Below, piece by piece: positions 1 to 64,000 of a stretch of DNA of 64,000 nt (its first letter is position 1; each line of letters starts with the position of its first letter). The position numbers and the translations under genes were made by a program. Source of the stretch: Octopus vulgaris (lineage: Eukaryota); NCBI GenBank assembly GCA_951406725.2, contig OX597830.1, positions 79,298,001-79,362,000 of the forward strand, read 5' to 3'. Below the pieces are notes generated by a model. The model saw only the letters and a program-made list of their open reading frames with translations, searched no databases and had not been told where the DNA came from.

Positions 1-149
1 AAGCATGTGGGACGAGTATCTGTATATGCATGAGTGACTCTGTGTACGTAATATGTGTGTATATGTATCAGTACATATGTGTGTGCCTATATCAATAGTT
101 ACATGAATATTTCCAAGTGTGTACTTCCTATCCACACAGACATAGTTGT

Positions 150-268
150 GTTCTTAAGAAGGTTGTTTTAAAATCTTGATGCTGTAGGTTCAAATCCACA
201 GCATAGCATCTTAGGCAAGTATCTGCTACCGTAGCCTCCAAGTGGCCAAAGCAGGGTGAGTAAATTTT
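150..268 (+). mobile_element. Decayed tRNA-derived CORE-like SINE 5' part
   Basis: B-box-like GGTTCAAATCC followed by ..CTTAGGCAAGT..CTAC..TAGCCTC. Confidence 0.5.
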
Positions 269-319
269 ATGTCTTGAAGAAGAAAAAAGTTTTAACATTT
301 CATACTCTTCTCTCTCTTT

Positions 320-322
<3 letters not shown>

Positions 323-371
<49 letters not shown>

Positions 372-378
372 GAGAGAG
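323..378. repeat. (GA)n microsatellite
   Basis: direct. Confidence 0.95.
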
Positions 379-659
379 GGAACTTATATTTTGTTTTTTT
401 TTAGGTTCATATTTGCTAATGAGGATACAAATTAATTAGATGACAAATAAGTGGAATATTCTTTGTTGAAACCTAAAAAGGAGCTGTTAACTTCTTATGA
501 GGAGAAGTGAAAGATGGAGTTTAGTATATGAGAGGAACGGAACCCAGGAAGGAACAGAGGCTGTGTTTCTAAACTTTCAAGCATTAAATTGCTACAAAAA
601 CAGAATTATCAAAATAGCAATTCAAATTTTTAAATCTTTAACTAAGACAGTGAAATAAT

Positions 660-1090
660 AATAACTTCAAGTTTTGGCACAAGGCCAGCAATTTTAGGGA
701 TGGGTAAGCTGATTACATCGATTGACCTTGATTGGTACTCATTTTATCAACCTCAAAAGGGTTAAATATAAAGTCAACCCCAGTTGAATCTGAACTTGGA
801 AAGTAAAGCTGGAAGAAATAGCACTAAGAATTTTACCTGGCGCAGTAATGATTTTGTAGGTTCACTACCTTAGACAATTAAGTAATATTAATTTCTAACT
901 GAGGAACCAAGGATCAAATTTTAGAAGATAGTGTAATCATTAAAATCAAAACTGGCATTTAATTGATACCTTATTTTTCTGACCCAGATGGAAGAAGAGC
1001 GAAGTTAATCTCAGGAAAATCTGAATTTAGAACCAAGAAAGGCTGGAACTAAATACCTCAAAGTATTGTGTTTGATTCTCAACTACTTTT
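660..1090 (-). mobile_element. Two decayed copies of the dominant tRNA-derived SINE
   Basis: reverse-complement similarity to 26627-26860 (aaagtcaacc..tgaact..gaaata..ctaag..ttt). Confidence 0.6.
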
Positions 1091-1371
1091 ATCAAATATT
1101 AAATACAAATTAACTTATTTGAATATGCTAATATTTCACTGAAGTTTAATATCTGAAATAACTGCTCAAAATATTAAGTCCTCATGTGCAACCTAGTTCA
1201 TCTAGTTTTAAAAGTGTTATTCACAAGAAGTGAGAAACTAGAAGAAGAAATCAAGCACCTTAGTAAAATTTGTTTTAAAAAAGAAATGTTTTCTTCTCTC
1301 TAAAAATTAATTTGAAAGGAACATTTACTCTCACAAAGAAACATTTTAAATATTTACATGTAGGTACATAC

Positions 1372-57325
<55,954 letters not shown>

Positions 57326-57767
57326 CTGTATGTGAGATGAAAAAATTTGATTTATATAACCTGCGGTTTGATATTATGGAAAAGATAGTCAAATAGTAAC
57401 AATTTGGAAATTGGATTTCATTGTGATGGTATATTGCCAGCATTCATATTAACGAGAATTGTGGTATTGAAAATGAAATACTTGAGAAGTTATGGGTTGT
57501 CCTGTTACAGATAAAATCAAGGAAATTTGCACAACAATTTCAATGGTTATAGGCCATTGATATTATTGTAATGATTATTTATTATATGCCTATTACGCTC
57601 TATGTTGCAACAAATTTGAATTTCCCCCTTATACATACAGCTTAGCCATGAATATAAATTTAGAATTAGTCATTTCTTTAAACAATTATTTACTACTAAA
57701 CATTATGTTACCCAGATCCTATTTTGTGACACTTATTTCCATCATTACACACACACACACACACACA

Positions 57768-59035
57768 ATAAACTTACTGCTGACAAAGGTTGCGTGACGT
57801 TCAATTATAAATAATTAAAAATATGCATTAAGTACAGGACATCACCAGCGAGTGAAAAATATATAAACACACGACAGATAAGTACAGAGTAAGTATTAAA
57901 AGTACACATTAAGTACAGGATATTATCAACGAGGGAAAAATTTGAAAACACACAGAGATAAGTACAGGAAAAAACACCAAAGGAAGTTAAATTCCTCCTC
58001 AGTTGTCGGCTGTTTATATCTACCTGTTTTGAGCTTTCAACAAGACAATAAAAATTCATAATACAGCAGCATCCAGAAATTTTTAAAATACAAAATTTAT
58101 GGAGAGTTGTGGCTTTGAATGGACATAAACAATCAATGTGTGTTTATGTGTTTTTCACTCGTTGGCAATAATCCTGTAATTAATGCGTATTTCTAATTAT
58201 TATCGATTATTTATAAATGAACACCATGCAGCATTTCTCAGCAATAAGTTTTTATATTCATACATAATTTCTGTGATTCCACACTCTGTTCTCTGCTTAT
58301 TTTCTTTCTTTCTCCCTATCCGTCTATAATCCTCTATATTTCTTTTTATCCCCTCCTTCTTTGCGGTCCCCCATCTATCTTTCTTTGCTTCTCCCTTCTC
58401 CCCACTCCCTTTGTTTCTTTTCCTCTCCTCTTTCTTGTCCCCCTTCCCCCTCTGCCTGTTGGTCATACATGACTACAAGCCATTTTCCTCATCTTTCTGT
58501 CTTTTTTGAATGAGGTGTCTAGCCAGCTGGACATTAGTTTCTCTCGCAGCACAATATTTTTTCTTTTCTATTTTCTCTCTCCTAATATTTTTCTCTTCTA
58601 TTTATTTTATATCCTTTCAAAATTTCTCCCAGGCATTACCAATTACAATCTGTTTTGGCCTAACAGCCCATAATATAATTCTTCATCAGTTGTTTACTCT
58701 GTACATCTGCTCTGGTGTTGTTTGTTCATTCGAAGCCCCAACTCTCTATAAATATTATATTTTAAAAATTTCTGGATGCTGCTATGAAGTTTTCCTGTCT
58801 TGTCATTGAAAGCTCGAAACAGGCAGTAATAAACAGTTGATAACTGAGGAGTTTGACTTTCTTTGGTATTTTGTCCTGTACTTATCTCTGTGTGTTTACA
58901 TATTTTTCACTTGTTTGTGATGTCCTGTACTTATTGTGTGTTTTTAATTATTTATAATTGAACACCATGCAGCCTTTGTCAGCAGTAAGTTTTTACATTC
59001 ATATATTATTTCTGCGATTCCACACTCTTAATGTG
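57768..59035. repeat. Inverted plus direct repeat cluster (probable Penelope pLTRs)
   Basis: 57768-58115 is the reverse complement of about 58735-58995; 58205-58290 directly repeats 58945-59030. Confidence 0.8.
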
Positions 59036-59040
59036 CATTT

Positions 59041-59086
<46 letters not shown>

Positions 59087-59169
59087 GAGATAGGTTGCAA
59101 AGAAGAAAGACTACACATGGTATAAATAGGGGAAAAGTAAAAAGAAAACAGAGAAAATGCACATTAGAT

Positions 59170-60305
59170 TAGGAAGGTTGGTTTAAGGTTCCTAGCACAT
59201 CTTTCTATGTGCTCATTGACCTGCATCTATCTATATGGTGGGTAGCGGATTTGTTCATTGTGAAGAGTAGTTCTTTGTTGGAGTGACATACCTGTTTGGC
59301 CTATATAGTGATTTTCTCCCCTTTAGCAGGTAATAGCATAGATTAAGTTTTCAGAGCAACAGGTGAAATTCGATTTAATCTTAAATAGTTCACCTTGTTT
59401 GAAGTGAAACTCTGTACCCTCCAAAAGGTGGGGGCATGTTCCACAGTTAGTCCGCCCACATTTTTTCACTTGTGGTTCTGTTGTTGATTGATATAGACTT
59501 GTGCTTGTGCTTGTTAGTTTTTCAATGATTTCGGTTGCATTTTACTCAAGTGTGAGCTTAAAATTTTGTTCATTGTTTTACCTCCAGTGAGAATGGGTAG
59601 ATTTTGGGTGATGATGTTTCTAGGCTTGTATGTGGAGATGTATGGGAGTAATTTTTTGATCTGGAGTAGTATTTTGGTTACCTTCCCTTAATGCTTGCAT
59701 GTCTATTTTTTCGCTCGTTTAATCTCATCAATTATTCATGATGGTGGGTAATGTCTCCTGATTAGTGTTGATTTAAGTTCAAGGTGTCTTCGTTTACGAG
59801 TATTGGTATCCCAAAATATAGTACAGATTCTTTTCGTTAGATTATAAGGTACGTTAATTTTTATGTGTTTGGAGTAGCATGAGTTGAATAATAGGTATTG
59901 TCTTGAATTTGTGGGTTTGTAGATGTCCATTTCGATGTAGCTATTGACTATTTTAATTAGGATGTCAAGAAAAGGAAGTTGTTTATTGCTGTATTTCATG
60001 GTGAATTGTATGCTGCTATTGATATTGTTGAGCATTATTTTGAAATCAAGGAGTTTGTCCATGCTATCGTTCCTGAGTATAAAGCAATCATCTAAGTACC
60101 TCTTCCAGTTCTCCTTTAAATAACAATGAAATGAGGTACCATATTTTTGTAGTGATGATTAGTAAATTTCAAGTTCTAGATGATCTATTACAAGATTCGC
60201 AATCACTGGTGCAGCTGGAGTTCCCATTGCAATTCCACATTTTGTCAATTGTGAACCTATATCGAACATGAAATAGTTGTTCTGTAGGATAAATTTCAGT
60301 GTTTT
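59170..60305 (-). mobile_element. Penelope-like element (RT C-terminus plus GIY-YIG)
   Basis: GIAMGTPAAPVIANL, WKRYLDDCFI, IQFTM....LPFLDI, YKPTN..QYL.F.S, NLIYAITC. Confidence 0.92.
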
Positions 60306-60319
60306 CTTTTTACTTTTCT

Positions 60320-60358
<39 letters not shown>

Positions 60359-60419
60359 TTGTAGTTTCAGCTCATAGCTGCGGCCATGCTGGAGCATAGG
60401 CGTTTTTTACTGAGAGCCT

Positions 60420-61562
60420 CTTCTAACATGTAGCACTTGGTGAAGAATGGAGTTTGATGTAGCTACCCTCATTTGCACCTCTTGCCACGAGATAGGTTCA
60501 TCTGGGACTTTCGACAGGAAGAGGTTCACCCTTGATTTTAAAATGTCTACATCTACTTTGTGCAGGTTCTTCAGGCTCTTTGGGAGAATATTAAAAAGCT
60601 ATGGACTTCTGAAACCCAGGCTGTTAGAGTAAGGGGTCCTGAAGCATGATAGCATTGCTGGGATCTTTGGCACTGTGCAGTATTGACTCATTCTAGCATT
60701 GGTGTAGCTTTCAGTGTCAAAATTTGGCACAATTCCTTCCAGGGGCTTCCAGATGTATATTACTGCATGCCTCTCCTGCCTTCACTGCAAGGCATAGAGT
60801 CTTAGCTGTTTCAGACTTTCCCAGTAGCTGAGCTGTTACAAAGAGACAATCTTCGTTGTGAAGCTTCGCTGGATTGCTTCAAGGTGTGCTATTAATTTCA
60901 CACTGTTGGGTGACCACAGCTGTGAGCAGTTATCCAGGCAGCTGAGGATGAATGTCCTCCAGAGGGCCATCATGGTTTTCCTTATCTCTGGTTCTGAATG
61001 TTCTCAGGATCGATTCAGCCAGTTGTCTGCACTTTGGTGCCATCCTGGTAATATGCACTTGGAAAGAGGTATCATCACTCATGTCGATACCCAGGTCCTT
61101 CACTGATTTAGGCTCTGGGATTGTAATTCCCTGTGGACCAGTGTACTCTGTAAGTTTCATGTTCAGTTTTGAATGCTGGTAGTGCAGGGCCTGGAAGTTT
61201 TGAGCATTAAACTGCATGTTATTATCCTCAGCACATCTGTAAATTGAGTCCAACTCCTGCTGCATATGTGCACTGGGGTTCTGTATTTTCTGTGAGACTT
61301 TCATATCGTCTGCGTAGCTAGCAAGGGTGGCTATCCGGGCAGTTGAGGGCATATCTGATAGGGCCACTATGAAAAGCAGTGGTCCCAAGACAGTGCCCCA
61401 TGGAACACTGCTCACTATTTGAGTTTTCATTGAGTTGGTTCCATTGACCACTACTGCTGGACTTCTATCTTTCAGAAAGTCATGTAACCACTCTCCAAGT
61501 TTTCCAGCTATGCTAAGATCATGCAGTTTGTGTCATATCATACCATGATCCACTTTATCAAA
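60420..61562 (-). mobile_element. CR1/Jockey-group LINE RT fragment
   Basis: FDKVDHG, SSVP.GTVLGPLLFIV..SDM, YADD.K, MQFNA, VKDLGI. Confidence 0.9.
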
Positions 61563-61896
61563 TTGAGGGAATGGAATGGGTATTTATTCACACACACACA
61601 CACACATATATGTCCCAGTGTCTATGCTTCTGTATAGAGCAATATATTAATGAAATTCCAACATAGTCTGATTTTCACCTTTTATTACTTGGAATTTTTA
61701 CAATTTAAAAATTTTACAATTTCATATTATGGAAATGAACTTTCAAGTATTATGCAATCATCAGGTATATGTAGTGACAGTCGTGTTCCACAATTTACAT
61801 CTGGTTGGCTTTAATCTCTAAATATCCTTCGACGTTCTCTAGCAGGCTGAATCTTATGAATTATATTTTCACCAATCAGCATATATCTATATATAT

Positions 61897-63440
61897 CAGC
61901 CCCTGGGAGCTCCTCTATGCTGATGACCTTGCTCTAATTGCTGAGTCCCTATCAGAACTAGAGGAGAAGTTTCAGGTGTGGAAGCAAGGATTAGAATCGA
62001 AGGGCCTTAGAGTCAACCTAGCTGAAACCAAAGTAGGAAGGCAGGCAAACCACAAATCCCTTAAGGTAGATGGCCCTGCTCGATCTGTAGAAAAGGCGTA
62101 GGTAGAAACTCTATAAGATGTATCCAGTGTAAGTTATGGACACATAAGAGGTGTAGCAATATCAAAGGAAGGCTAACTAGGAGGATAGATTTTGTATGTG
62201 GCAGATACTCAGGAGCAATAAACACTGAAAATGTGCAGAGAACAACTCCTGCCACATTCCAGGGAGAAAAACTGCAAGAGGTTGATAGCTTCCATTACCT
62301 AGGTGACCAAGTCAGTAGCGGGGAAAGGTGTTCTGAAAGTGTAGCTGCTAGAATAAGAATAGCCTGGGCAAAGTTCAGGGAGCTCCTACCTCTGCTAGTG
62401 ACAAAGGGCCTCTCGCTCAGAGTAAACGGTAGACTGTATGATGCATGTGTATGAACAGCCATGCTACATGGCCTGGAAATATGGGCTGTGACTGCTGAGG
62501 ACATGCGTAAGCTTGCAAGGAACGAAGTCAGTATGCTTCAATGGATGTGTAATGTCAGTGTGCATACTCGACAGAGTGTAAGTGCCTTGAGTGAAAAGTT
62601 GGACCTAAGAAGCATCAGATGTGGTGTGCAAGAGAGACAACTGCGCTGGTATGGTCATGTGGTGCAAATGAATGAGGATAGCTGTGTGAAAAAGTGCCAC
62701 ACCCTAGCGGTTGAGGGAACCTGTCGAAGAGGTAGACCTAGGAGGACCTGGGGTGAGATGGTGAAGCATGACCTTCAAACATTGGGCCTCACCAAGGAAA
62801 TGACTAGTGACCGGGACCTTTGGAAATATACTGTGCTTGAGAAGACCTGGCAAGCTCAAGTGAGACAATAACCTTGTGACCTATGCCATGGGTGTAACTA
62901 GCCCACTTATGCATACCTTTCCTTCATTGGACACAAAACTCTGCTTGCGAAGACCTGTTGAGGCAAGTGAAATCGAAATCAAAATCAAATTCGATGACTT
63001 GCATCCGTGGTACCATATGAGCGTGACTGTTACCAGAGCAACTACCAGCCTCTTTGCCGATGGCACATAAAAAGCTCCATTCGAGTGTGATTGTTACCTG
63101 CATCACCTTACTGGCACTTGTGCTGTTGGCACGTGAAAAAAACATTTGAGTAAGGTCATTGCCAGAGCCGCTGGACTGGCTCATGTGCAGGTGGCACATA
63201 AAAAGTACCATTTGAGCATGGCCGTTGCCAGTGCTGCCTGACTGGCCCTCATGCTGGTGGCACATAAAAGCACCCACTACACACTCGGAGTAGTTGGAGT
63301 TAGGAAGGGTATCCAGCTTTAGAAACTCTGTCATATCAGATTGGAGCCTGGTGCAGCCACCTGGCTAGCTAGACCTCAGTCAAATCGTCCAACCCATGCT
63401 AGTATGGAAAGTGGATGTTAAACGATGATGATGATGATGA

Positions 63441-63445
<5 letters not shown>
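61897..63445 (+). mobile_element. 5'-truncated RTE LINE with 3' UTR and (GAT)n tail
   Basis: PWELLYADDLALIAE, FHYLGD, RLY.ACV, RQLRWYGHV, RRGRPRRTW. Confidence 0.94.
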
Positions 63446-63481
<36 letters not shown>

Positions 63482-64000
63482 CATATATACATGAGGAGTA
63501 TAGTTCACTGGTAATCTAAATGAATAGGTACACTTAACTACTATAATTGGTCATCTGTTAGGTTTTAAGTTCACAGTTAAGGCTGGAGCTAGGGATCAGT
63601 ATTAAGGTTCTGTGTTAGCAGGTATATATTGAAGGAAAAGGACAATAAAAAATCAAGGCAGGACAACTATCTCAAGTCATTTATAATAATTTAATTAGAG
63701 TAAGGTGAATTTAAAGTCTTACAGCTGTTTCTAAGATATCCCAAGTGATAAGCTAGCATGTTTGTACACTGGGTACTCCCTTAAGGCGAGTATGTATGAA
63801 AGTTCTAGGCAGGAAAATTCACAGTTCATAAGGAATAAAAATAGAGGAATAAAGAGTAGAAGTAGATAGAAGAATACAGATAGGAGAAAGAAATTGAACA
63901 CATCATTTAAAATACTGCCAAAATACTGCCTGGATCTACCTGGGATCATACCTAAGGGACTATTCAATCCCAGAAGTATGGACCAACCTCCATACCTTCT

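Noticed and set aside
57326-64000. Upstream TRPM exon (expected AFG.I.F motif) or promoter
   Set aside because: Not found by eye; probably outside the window

Overview
Eukaryotic, AT-rich, repeat-dense genomic DNA. The SINE and LINE families look like those of an octopod cephalopod (recognised from memory, not searched). The backbone is one large minus-strand gene that the ORF track only partly shows: a TRPM-family cation channel. I could chain 15 GT-AG exons (57325 down to 1372; 1784 nt, about 595 codons) covering the MHR1/2 (SLOG) domain, MHR3/4, pre-S1 and the start of S1. The 5' exons and the S1-S6 pore are not seen here. Splice phases are consistent at every junction but one, which needs one extra base in a homopolymer at about 13634-13643 (assembly error or real frameshift). 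The introns hold decayed RTE, R4/Dong-like, Tx1/L1, CR1-like and Penelope retroelements, about 20 tRNA-derived SINEs, a hAT transposase relic, a Helitron, a HINE, a MITE and microsatellites. The most unusual features are an 850-bp palindromic A/T-tract array where a LINE endonuclease should be, a 5-kb 70-bp purine-rich satellite, hammerhead-ribozyme motifs, long fold-back hairpins, and acidic substitutions in the channel's predicted nucleotide-binding loops.
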